Shown piece by piece: positions 7,883 through 15,698 of a stretch of 36,562 nt of DNA. The position numbers were made by a program, and so were the translations under genes. The stretch's first letter is position 1. The number at the start of each line of letters is the position of its first letter. This stretch comes from a virus, in IMG/VR virus record IMGVR_UViG_3300040770_000423, positions 1 through 36,562 of that record, one strand, 5' to 3'. The notes under the pieces were generated by a model. That model was not told where the DNA came from and searched no databases. It saw only the letters and a list, made by a program, of their open reading frames with translations.

Positions 7883-8581
7883 TTAATAGTCGTGACTTAG
7901 TTTATTTTTAGAGTTCCAAGAAATATCGTTTCCTTTTTGCTGGCCAAGGTCGCGTTTTGGTAAAAAGTCAGCATCCACGTTGTTTCTTGGATTTTGTACC
8001 ATTTTAAGCCACGAAACCGAATCGTCGCGCCTTTGAATTCTAAACTCGGGAATGTTTCTCGGATTAATTCGCGAATGTAATTCATAAAGCGCTATGTTTA
8101 TGACGTGGCGCTTCATTAAGGCGTTTCTTTTTTCGCCTGTTTCAAACTTTGTCGCGTCAGAAAATAAGTCGCTGGCGTTAGTATCTACCAAAGCCGTATA
8201 ATAAGCGCCGTCAAGACCTATTTCAATAAATTCGCCTGTCGCGCTGGTTCCGGCCGTAGTACACTTGTAAACCTTTAAATTTTCCTTAGCCACTAAAGAA
8301 CCGACTGAATAGTTTATTCCTGAAGTTATTTTTGGCGCGTTTAAATAAATAAAGTCGCCTTTTTTAAAGGTTTCGCCAGCCAAATATTCAAAGACCGGAA
8401 AAAATATTTTCGAAACATCATAACGCCCTGACAAATAAGAAGAAATTTCTTGAATAACATTCGCTTCAGTTTCTTCAATTATGTTTTCGGCTGTTGTTCC
8501 TTCAGAACCCGAAAACGTCACAACGTCAAGGTCTTCTTCGTCAATAAGAAGGAAATAATCGCGTTTTGTTAAAAAAGCCAT
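7883..8581 (-). CDS. Head-tail adaptor (Mu gp36 / DUF1320-like) with an internal insertion of about 90 aa
   Basis: The N-terminus (LTKRDY...IIEETEANVIQEISSYLSGRYD) and C-terminus (IALYELHSR...WL) resemble the gp36 family; at 232 aa it is much longer than typical members. Confidence 0.5.
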   Translation of the reverse strand: MAFLTKRDYFLLIDEEDLDVVTFSGSEGTTAENIIEETEANVIQEISSYLSGRYDVSKIFFPVFEYLAGETFKKGDFIYLNAPKITSGINYSVGSLVAKENLKVYKCTTAGTSATGEFIEIGLDGAYYTALVDTNASDLFSDATKFETGEKRNALMKRHVINIALYELHSRINPRNIPEFRIQRRDDSVSWLKMVQNPRNNVDADFLPKRDLGQQKGNDISWNSKNKLSHDY

Positions 8582-8588
8582 AATTTTT

Positions 8589-9152
8589 TTAATTTATTCT
8601 TGTTAGTATTAAATTAGTTCCGGCCTTTACAACAGAAACGCCGCCGGCTACTTCTGAACCGTGGAAAAGCTGAAGGTCGCCGGCAACCGTGGCTTCAAAA
8701 TGACCTTCTATAATTGTTAACATGTCAGCGTTTGCCGTATCGACTGAAATAGTAGTTCCCCAACCTGAAACGCTTTTTGTTCTTGCTGCAAAGGCGCCTA
8801 TAACCGCGCCCGTTGCAAGAACTTGGTCTTGGTCAGGCGCGCCCGTTGAAGCCGCCGCTGAAACGTCAGACCATCTGACCAAAGCATTAAAAAAAGGCGT
8901 GGTTCCCGTAAAATTAACGGAAAACCTTATTCCTGTAGTTGTTAAAGCTGACTGATAACGAACCATGTACTTAAAGCGATAAACACCAACAGGAACAGAA
9001 ACGACGTCCAAATTCGTGACTTTTGAAAGCGTAACCGAAGAAGTCGTTTGGTCAGCTGAAAGCGCGCGCGTATAATTTAAAGAAGCTACGTCAATAATAG
9101 CTTCTTCAAGGCGTCCGTTTGTTCCAATAATTAACACTTTTATACTTGACAT
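8589..9152 (-). CDS. Fibre/appendage-like beta-rich protein, hypothetical
   Basis: 187 aa, rich in Gly/Thr/Ser/Val. Its N-terminal motif KVLIIGTNGRLEE is similar to that of the next gene. Confidence 0.4.
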   Translation of the reverse strand: MSSIKVLIIGTNGRLEEAIIDVASLNYTRALSADQTTSSVTLSKVTNLDVVSVPVGVYRFKYMVRYQSALTTTGIRFSVNFTGTTPFFNALVRWSDVSAAASTGAPDQDQVLATGAVIGAFAARTKSVSGWGTTISVDTANADMLTIIEGHFEATVAGDLQLFHGSEVAGGVSVVKAGTNLILTRIN

Positions 9153-9155
9153 TTT

Positions 9156-9662
9156 CTATGCTCTTAAAATAGGCGTTTTTATATTCACGTGTAAGCTTGT
9201 CGCGCTGTTTGCTGTTCCTAATTCCTGAACAAGTTGACCCGAATTGACCGGAGCCGTAGCTGTTACTAATCCAGCTGTCGCGCTTAAATAATAAGTCGTT
9301 CCAGCTGTCAAACCCGACAAAGCTGAATTATTGTCGTCAAAATAGACCAACGCATTACCTGACAATAAAACGGACGCTATTACATAACCCATTGCGCGCT
9401 TTGCTAAACTTGTGGCGTCTGCCTTCATAACCATTCCGGCGGCCGTTACATAAACGAAGTCACCAGCGGCCAAAGCTTCACCAGCGACAAAAGTATTTGC
9501 GTCCGAACCAATTCCGTTCGGAAACATTGAAGCGTCAATTTTACCGTCACCGCCTAAAATTACAAATTCGCTAGCGTCGCCAGCACCGGCCGAAGTACTT
9601 TTTCCGGCGTACTCTTGTTGCGAGCCGTTCGGATTTACTTGTATTAATTTTCTAATTGCCAT
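9156..9662 (-). CDS. Fibre-like protein with a globular C-terminal domain paralogous to that of 9665..10306
   Basis: 168 aa; contains GKIDASMFP, a motif common near tail-fibre N-termini; its AGEAL...YYLSATAGLVT region aligns by eye with the neighbouring gene. Confidence 0.45.
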   Translation of the reverse strand: MAIRKLIQVNPNGSQQEYAGKSTSAGAGDASEFVILGGDGKIDASMFPNGIGSDANTFVAGEALAAGDFVYVTAAGMVMKADATSLAKRAMGYVIASVLLSGNALVYFDDNNSALSGLTAGTTYYLSATAGLVTATAPVNSGQLVQELGTANSATSLHVNIKTPILRA

Positions 9663-9664
9663 TT

Positions 9665-10306
9665 TTAAAATTTATTTATTGTTACTGAATCTTTTATTAT
9701 CTGAAGCGTATTTTCGTTAACTGCATAACCTATTATCTTGGTAAAATTAAATTCACTATCATTTGATAAAACCAAGGTTCCGGCGGTTCCGGCTAAATAA
9801 TGAGCATTTGCAACCAAACCCCAACCAAGAAGACTAATTTCGCCTATCTGAATAACTTCAACGTTTCCGCCTATTAAAGCGCTTGTTCTACTGAAACCAA
9901 CGAAGGCGAACTTGTGCAAATCATTTGAAGCGTCTAATTTATAAGCCAAGCCGTCAAAAATAGCTATTGGCGTATGACTGTTTAAAGGTTCGCCAGCTGT
10001 TTTGTAAATTATTCCGCCTTGAATACCTTGAACGCCCTGAAGACCACGAACGCCCATTTCGGCGACTTCAATATTAACGGTTTCAAAGGTTTCAGCGACT
10101 TCAATATTAACGCTTTCGTTTACTTCTGTTAAATTAACTACAAGCGTTTCATTTACTTCGGTTACTTCAATATTAACGCTTTCGTTTATTTCGGTTAATT
10201 CAATTTTAACAGCTTCAGTAAGTTCAGCAACCGTTATTTCGACCGGATAAACACCTTGCTGAAAGCTTAAATTTACGTTCGAAATAATTTCTGTTACTAC
10301 AATCAT
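9665..10306 (-). CDS. Fibre-like protein: acidic tandem repeats, a short collagen-like G-X-Y run, then a globular C-terminal domain
   Basis: 213 aa; repeats of the VNIEV(T/A)E type at aa 22-82; GVRGLQGVQGIQGG at aa 85-98. Confidence 0.5.
   Translation of the reverse strand: MIVVTEIISNVNLSFQQGVYPVEITVAELTEAVKIELTEINESVNIEVTEVNETLVVNLTEVNESVNIEVAETFETVNIEVAEMGVRGLQGVQGIQGGIIYKTAGEPLNSHTPIAIFDGLAYKLDASNDLHKFAFVGFSRTSALIGGNVEVIQIGEISLLGWGLVANAHYLAGTAGTLVLSNDSEFNFTKIIGYAVNENTLQIIKDSVTINKF
10061..10243 (-). repeat. In-frame imperfect tandem repeats (66-bp period) encoding the acidic VNESVNIEV repeats
   Basis: acttcaatattaacg occurs three times (from about 10066, 10098 and 10164). The copies starting at 10098 and 10164 share 29 nt with one mismatch. 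Confidence 0.8.
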
Positions 10307-10311
10307 ATCTT

Positions 10312-10635
10312 TTAAAATTGAATAGGAACTTCGCCTTTTAGGTAGGTCTGAACGTTTCCGTCAGCAAAAATAATTTTAATATCATAAACATAATTTCCTT
10401 CAGGCAGTTGAAAGCCGTCTATCTGTTCAAGAACCACTTCGCCAGCTTCTACGTCAACAACCGTTATATTTTTCCCAATTAACCATTCGTAAACCACTTC
10501 TAAAGAAGAAGCGTTTCTTATTTTACAAATTACTTCAGCGCCTAAAACACTAAAATTAAACTTAAACTTTACCGGTGAAAATGTCGAACCGTTATAGTGT
10601 TCTTCTAAATGGTGTATTTTAGGTATTACGCTCAT
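10312..10635 (-). CDS. Hypothetical small beta-rich protein, first gene after a promoter
   Basis: 107-aa ORF with ATG start; a -7 box lies 18 nt upstream. Confidence 0.5.
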   Translation of the reverse strand: MSVIPKIHHLEEHYNGSTFSPVKFKFNFSVLGAEVICKIRNASSLEVVYEWLIGKNITVVDVEAGEVVLEQIDGFQLPEGNYVYDIKIIFADGNVQTYLKGEVPIQF

Positions 10636-10652
10636 AATGTGAAATCTTTTGC

Positions 10653-10660
10653 CAAATATA
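10653..10660 (-). promoter_or_regulatory. Bacteroidota-type -7 promoter box TATATTTG
   Basis: Matches the TAnnTTTG consensus on the minus strand; located between a terminator and the ATG at 10635. Confidence 0.5.
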
Positions 10661-10661
10661 A

Positions 10662-10696
10662 TAAAAAAAAAGCGCCCTAAATTAATAAGGCGCTTG
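10662..10696 (-). terminator. Rho-independent terminator
   Basis: On the minus strand: AAGCGCC, a 12-nt loop, GGCGCTT, then a T9 run. Confidence 0.7.
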
Positions 10697-10709
10697 AATT
10701 TAAAATAGT

Positions 10710-11069
10710 TTACGCGTTTTTTGTCGCGTTTTTCAAAAGTTCAATTTCTTCGGCTTTTTTCTTGGCCTTATAAGCTTTGTCTGTTTCGGCCTTTTTAGCC
10801 TTAGCTTCAGCAATCTTTTCGTTTTCTTCGTCTGTTGGTTCCGCCTTGGTCACAGCCTTAGAAATTCGCATTTCGTAAACTTCACCAACAACAAAAACTT
10901 CTTCTTGTTCTTCGCCAAGGTCAACTTCTTCAGTAAAAGCGGCAACCCTGAACCCGTCCTTAAGTTTGTCAACGTTTACTTCGTCGGCTGGAACAAATGA
11001 AGCTATATATTTGCCAGCTTCTAAATGGTCGACGTTAGTACAAACGACATTAAATTTTGTCTTTTTCAT
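10710..11069 (-). CDS. Hypothetical protein with an acidic core and a Lys/Ala-rich tail (119 aa)
   Basis: The ORF-track start at 11102 is a TTG. I prefer the ATG at 11069 (MKKTKFNVV...), which places a -7 box 30 nt upstream. Confidence 0.6.
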   Translation of the reverse strand: MKKTKFNVVCTNVDHLEAGKYIASFVPADEVNVDKLKDGFRVAAFTEEVDLGEEQEEVFVVGEVYEMRISKAVTKAEPTDEENEKIAEAKAKKAETDKAYKAKKKAEEIELLKNATKNA

Positions 11070-11099
11070 AATTATTTGATTTATTAATTTATTAGAATT

Positions 11100-11107
11100 C
11101 AAATATA
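11100..11107 (-). promoter_or_regulatory. Bacteroidota-type -7 promoter box TATATTTG
   Basis: TAnnTTTG match on the minus strand between the terminase stop and the ATG at 11069. Confidence 0.5.
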
Positions 11108-11119
11108 ATATTTTATGCG

Positions 11120-12676
11120 TTAATAAACGTTTTTCTTTGTTCTGTTTCTTATAATAGCTTTCGCGGCCATTCTTGACGACCCGAAGCGGTCAAAACTTTG
11201 ACTAAAAAAATAGGTAAAGAAATAGTCATTCGCGTCGGTATTATGTCCGTACTTTTCGAAAATTACGCCTGTAGTTGAATTTTTCTCTTTTTCCTTATGC
11301 TTTGAACCGTCTGAAGCTTGCTTTAAATACTTATAATCGCTTATAGTACGAACGCAATTTTCGCCAAAACTAACTTCAATGTCGTCAAGGCCATTCAAGA
11401 CCGCGTTAAACCAATTACAGCGAAGTTCGACGTTCGGGTTCTTAGAAGGAACGCGCCTGACCACATTAAAACCAGCGTCGCGAAGTTCGTTTTCAATCAG
11501 TACAAAGAAATTAACGCCCTTTTCAAGCTTTACGTCTGCTTTTCGGCTGGTCGCGTCACCATAAACAAAAACGGTCATTCCGTTAGGTTCGTAGCGTTCA
11601 GCGAATTCTTTTATCGTATGTTTAAGCGTGTTTCTTGGGTCTTCAAGACATATTTCGTCAATTTGCCAAGCCTTAAGGCCTTCAGCTTGAAAAATATCTA
11701 AGGTCATAAAAGGATTAACATTTTCGTCGAAACTTAAATGAAGCGACTTTTCAGGGTCATAAAGCCACGGCCTGACGTGCCTTTTAACGTCAAAATTCTT
11801 GTACATTTCGCCGCCTTTGTTCAATTTACCCCAATTACCAAGGCCGTAAACGCTGTAAAAATCCCAATCGTTAACGCGGTCAAAATCAAAGTCAAGAAGC
11901 GTCTGAACGTCTTCAAAGCCGAAGGTTCCGCAAGGCGAGCCAACGACCCAAAAATTATTTAAGTACGTTGACTTAATAACGACTATATTTGAAGGCTTTT
12001 CGACGCCTTTTATAAACAAAGGCGCGCCTTCATACTTTTCTGTTACTGTCGTATAAATCGGGTCTATATTAAGCCTTAAAACGCCGTTCCTGTCGATAAG
12101 TGAATTCGAAAGCGGTCTTTTTTCCTGTTTATCAAAAACTTCTTTTTTAATCCAATGCTCTTCGTCTATAGGATTAAACATGCAAATAATTTGCTGACCA
12201 GCTTGACCCCTTAAACGCTTCCTTATTTGCTTAAAGTCAGCATATTCCATTTCTGAAATCTCGTCTAAAATTACGCGCTTATAGCCTGAAATTCCTTTTA
12301 TTTTTTGGTTGTCGTCAAGTCCTTTAAAATCAATTACGGCGCCGTTTACGCAAGTTATTTTTCTGTAATTAATTTTAAAAAAGCCTTCAAGCTTCAAAAC
12401 TCTTATTATAGTAACAAAGTCCTTAAAAATAGTACTTTCAAGGGTCGCGCTTACCTTACGAAAAACTAGCGAATCGGTTCCTTCTATCAAAGAACCTATT
12501 AAAATAACGGCTTGGCTTACGCTGTAAGTCTTGGCCGAAGAAGAACCGCCGTAACACCATATAAAACGGCGTCCGGCGTTCTTAAACTCGCGTTCGATAT
12601 GGTGAAAGTTTGGATTAAATAGTTTTGGATTAAAACGAAGCTTAACGCGTTCGGTATTGTTATTCTGTTTCGTCAT
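11120..12676 (-). CDS. terL: Terminase large subunit (PBSX-like family)
   Basis: 518 aa; Walker A-like GGSSSAKT; Walker B VILDEISE; C-terminal nuclease-like region; overlaps the small-subunit gene. Confidence 0.9.
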   Translation of the reverse strand: MTKQNNNTERVKLRFNPKLFNPNFHHIEREFKNAGRRFIWCYGGSSSAKTYSVSQAVILIGSLIEGTDSLVFRKVSATLESTIFKDFVTIIRVLKLEGFFKINYRKITCVNGAVIDFKGLDDNQKIKGISGYKRVILDEISEMEYADFKQIRKRLRGQAGQQIICMFNPIDEEHWIKKEVFDKQEKRPLSNSLIDRNGVLRLNIDPIYTTVTEKYEGAPLFIKGVEKPSNIVVIKSTYLNNFWVVGSPCGTFGFEDVQTLLDFDFDRVNDWDFYSVYGLGNWGKLNKGGEMYKNFDVKRHVRPWLYDPEKSLHLSFDENVNPFMTLDIFQAEGLKAWQIDEICLEDPRNTLKHTIKEFAERYEPNGMTVFVYGDATSRKADVKLEKGVNFFVLIENELRDAGFNVVRRVPSKNPNVELRCNWFNAVLNGLDDIEVSFGENCVRTISDYKYLKQASDGSKHKEKEKNSTTGVIFEKYGHNTDANDYFFTYFFSQSFDRFGSSRMAAKAIIRNRTKKNVY

Positions 12677-13217
12677 AATCTATCGTTTCAATGTCGCCGC
12701 CAATATAAAATTCAGTCTTGGTTTTTACCGTGTTTTCAATCTTTTCTTCAGCGTTCCAGCCTAAATTTTTAAGCGCAAAAACCGCCCCTTGCGGAAAAGC
12801 TTCCTGAAGCTGAAGTTCGTAATTCATTTCTATCAAAGCGCGCGCCTTCTTGATAGTGTGAATAAATTCAGGATTTTCTTCGTAAGAATAAAAGCTTCTT
12901 CTGTCTGAAAAACCACAAAAAAGGACAAGGCCTGTAATAGTAAGTTTAACCTTATTTTCGTAACAATAAATAAAATAAGCGGTTATTTCTGTTTCAATTT
13001 CTTCAGCTGTTGAATAAAGCCTTGGCCGTCCGACAGGGTTCTTTGAAAAAATCAATTCAATAAAATCTTTTTGTTTATCGACGACCGACTTTTTAACAGC
13101 TGGATTTTTTTCTTCACTCGTTTTATCTTCTATTGAAAAAGGTATTAAAGAAGAATCACGAACGGCCAAGCGTTCGGCCTTCGTTATTTCAGTTTTCGTT
13201 TTTCTTGGCTGCTTCAT
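12660..13217 (-). CDS. terS: Terminase small subunit
   Basis: 185 aa; GRPRLYSTAEEIETEITAYFIYC...TITGLVLFCGF is typical of phage small terminase DNA-binding domains; directly upstream of terL. Confidence 0.7.
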   Translation of the reverse strand: MKQPRKTKTEITKAERLAVRDSSLIPFSIEDKTSEEKNPAVKKSVVDKQKDFIELIFSKNPVGRPRLYSTAEEIETEITAYFIYCYENKVKLTITGLVLFCGFSDRRSFYSYEENPEFIHTIKKARALIEMNYELQLQEAFPQGAVFALKNLGWNAEEKIENTVKTKTEFYIGGDIETIDYDETE

Positions 13218-13888
13218 TATTGTAAAATATTTATTTCTTTAGAACCATTATAAAAAACTTCAGAAGGGTTTTCAAGGCTTTTTTTGTAAAAAGCTAAAAA
13301 ATCAGGCGTAAATAAAATTTCAAACCCTTGAAGACTATCGAACCCTTCATTTATAAATTCTATTACAAAACCTTTAAATTTTTCAAAGTTTTCAGGCGAA
13401 ACTATTTCGTCTATTTTTTGAACAGTTCCTTCTTCAAGGTTATAAAGATAATTAAAAACGCCGTTCCTGTATTCGAATTCGGTTCGTTTTAGACCTCTTT
13501 TATAAATTGGCGACTTATCTTCTATTATTGCATAAATAAGGTCTTGAAACTCTTTTAATGACCTGAATACAAAAACCCGAAAACCGTGTTCGTGTAAAAT
13601 AGTATGAATGTTTTTTTGGTTTTCCTGTAGTGTTCCGGTTGGCGTCTTACATTCCAAGAAAAACGTCCTTTTCCAAAAATGAAATTCTAAGTCCGGTATT
13701 CCTGAAACTACGCCCATAGCTTTTAACTTGTTTCCGCGCGCGCCCGACATTTGACCACCGTTCGGAACGTGATACATTAAACCGCGTAAATTTGGAAAAG
13801 TATTATGAAACCATTGAAAAGCGTCGGCTTGAATTCTTTCTTCCTTCTGTTGAACCGTTTCGGCTGTTTTATCTGTTGAATTTTGCAT
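13217..13888 (-). CDS. VRR-NUC domain nuclease with a C-terminal extension
   Basis: GIPDLEF....FFLECKTPTGTLQENQ matches the VRR-NUC PD-(D/E)xK core. Confidence 0.7.
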   Translation of the reverse strand: MQNSTDKTAETVQQKEERIQADAFQWFHNTFPNLRGLMYHVPNGGQMSGARGNKLKAMGVVSGIPDLEFHFWKRTFFLECKTPTGTLQENQKNIHTILHEHGFRVFVFRSLKEFQDLIYAIIEDKSPIYKRGLKRTEFEYRNGVFNYLYNLEEGTVQKIDEIVSPENFEKFKGFVIEFINEGFDSLQGFEILFTPDFLAFYKKSLENPSEVFYNGSKEINILQ

Positions 13889-13920
13889 TTTTTGAATTTT
13901 TAATTTATTATTTTTTCGTT

Positions 13921-14195
13921 TGGAACATTAGGAACATCATTGGAACATTAGAAAAAAACTTAATGTTCCAGCGTGAACCCCTTTATTAATAAGCCTTTAG
14001 AACAAGTGGAACAATAGGAACATTGAATTATCAACATTTAGTATATATTATATATTAGTAATTATCACTATACTTTCAAAGTGTTCGAATTTCAATGTTC
14101 CTATTGTTCCACTTCACGCGAAACCGCGCCAACAAAGGCCGGACGCTGGAACATTGACTTTTTTATTAATGTTCCACTTTTAAACTGTTGTTCCA
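13921..14195. promoter_or_regulatory. Array of 11 copies of (T/A)GGAACA(T/A)T in both orientations; candidate replication origin or operator cluster
   Basis: Forward copies start at 13921, 13930, 13941, 14007, 14016 and 14147. Reverse copies are at 13962..13970, 14094..14102, 14103..14111, 14168..14176 and 14188..14195. This is the only long non-coding gap (310 bp). Confidence 0.6.
14004..14114. repeat. 24-bp perfect inverted repeat flanking a 63-bp AT-rich spacer
   Basis: aagtggaacaataggaacattgaa (14004..14027) is the exact reverse complement of 14091..14114. By hand count the spacer 14028..14090 is about 81 percent A+T. Confidence 0.9.
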
Positions 14196-14198
14196 TTT

Positions 14199-15698
14199 TT
14201 AAAATTTAAAAGCTTTTTGTTCCGGTTCCTTTTGTTCCGGTTTTTGGTATTTTGCCGGTTCTTCGCCATTAATATAAGCCGAAGTTGTTCTTAAGTTTAC
14301 ATAATAGCCGCGCGTTTTGTGTCCGTTAATTCGCTGAATACCGGCTAAAAAACCGAGTTGAGCCATTGACTTGCCAACGAAGCGCGAATTAAGCGGCTTA
14401 CCGTTGAATTTTTCCGATAGCGTCGAAATAATGTCAGGCAAAGAATAAAACTGTCCTGTCGCGTCTGTTATTTCGAAACATTGCTTTATTAGGTCTTTTT
14501 CAAGGTCTGAAATTTCGAAGCCTTTGTTCGCCAAGTCGCGCGACTTCATTTCTTCGCTGGTTAACTGCTGGTTATAGTCGTCGGAGTGATAAAGCGCGTA
14601 AGCTTGCGCCCAAACGGCGTGAATGTCTACTTCGGTTTTATAGTTCCAATTTATGTCTTCAACGTTAACGCATAACCAGCGCGTATTTTCTGTATCTGTC
14701 AGAAATTCGTTCTTGTTAGTAGACCCGAAGAAGTTCGTTCTTCTTGGCTGTTCTTCAGCGTCCACGGCGTAAGCTTTTCGTTCTTTTATCGTGGTCATTG
14801 AAATAATAGATTTCAAATGATTTACTTCAATATTCGAAAGCGACGCTAGTTCTTCAAGGTTATAAATAAAATTTTCTGAAAAACTAAAATACGTGTCTTT
14901 GTTGTCGCGAATTGGCGCTTCAGTATAATACTTAGTTCCGAACGGGTTCAGGAAACGAATGAAGGTCGATTTTCCTTTTTCTTGCTTCTCGCCCACCAAG
15001 ACATAAACGAAACGATTTTCGACGCCGTAAAGCGCGCAACCTACACAGCGAACCAGCATTTTTCTAAATTGCGAAACGTGAAAATCTTGGTCTGTAGTTT
15101 TTACAAAATTTGCTAGTTTCCCAATATGGTCGACGTCACGGTTCCAAGTTGGCAGCTTTTCAAAATAATCGATAAAAGGGTTGTAAGTTTCTACAAAGTC
15201 GGAACGAAGCAAAGACTTAAGTTTATCAATAGAAAAAGAAAAACGAACGTGCTGAAGCTTGCGAAAAAGGCTGTCAGGGTTTAAACTAACAAATTCGCCT
15301 TCGTTGTTTTTTTGTCTGTATTCGCTTCTTTGCGTTACTTCGTTTCTGACAAAATCCCAATTTTTACGAAGAAAATTTTCTACTTTGTAAATTTCCGGCT
15401 TGTCGTCAATTCCGAAGTCGTCTTTGTTCTGCTGAAATACCTTAACAAAAACCGCTTTCACTTTTTCATAACTCAAATAAAAGCGTTCGCATTGATGTTT
15501 TATGTCAGTATCGTTCCACTCGCGGCCGGCTTTATTAACCGCATGAACGAACGAATAAATTTCGCGCCAAGCTGTTTTTTCTTGGTCATTTCTTGCTTCT
15601 TGTACTTCAGGCGTTTCGTCGAATTCAACATATTTTTTTTCAATTATAAAGTCGTCTTTTATAAACATATCGCTGTTTATGTTTTCTTTTTGCTCCAT
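14199..15698 (-). CDS. VirE-family / D5-like P-loop NTPase (replicative helicase partner of the primase)
   Basis: 499 aa; Walker A GEKQEKGKST; Walker B-like region FIYNLEEL; layout typical of virulence-associated protein E-type phage primase-helicases. Confidence 0.75.
   Translation of the reverse strand: MEQKENINSDMFIKDDFIIEKKYVEFDETPEVQEARNDQEKTAWREIYSFVHAVNKAGREWNDTDIKHQCERFYLSYEKVKAVFVKVFQQNKDDFGIDDKPEIYKVENFLRKNWDFVRNEVTQRSEYRQKNNEGEFVSLNPDSLFRKLQHVRFSFSIDKLKSLLRSDFVETYNPFIDYFEKLPTWNRDVDHIGKLANFVKTTDQDFHVSQFRKMLVRCVGCALYGVENRFVYVLVGEKQEKGKSTFIRFLNPFGTKYYTEAPIRDNKDTYFSFSENFIYNLEELASLSNIEVNHLKSIISMTTIKERKAYAVDAEEQPRRTNFFGSTNKNEFLTDTENTRWLCVNVEDINWNYKTEVDIHAVWAQAYALYHSDDYNQQLTSEEMKSRDLANKGFEISDLEKDLIKQCFEITDATGQFYSLPDIISTLSEKFNGKPLNSRFVGKSMAQLGFLAGIQRINGHKTRGYYVNLRTTSAYINGEEPAKYQKPEQKEPEQKAFKF

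Noticed and set aside
13792-13989. A plus-strand 65-aa ORF, and a minus-strand 31-aa ORF (14196 downwards), within or entering the iteron region.
   Set aside because: The first is mostly antisense to the VRR-NUC gene. The second is generated by the GGAACA repeats themselves and has no coding-like composition. The region is better explained as non-coding regulatory or origin DNA.
13921-14195. Possible CRISPR array, given the many short repeats.
   Set aside because: The repeat unit is only about 9 bp, occurs in both orientations, and has irregular 0 to 40 bp spacing. This is iteron or operator architecture, not a CRISPR repeat-spacer array.
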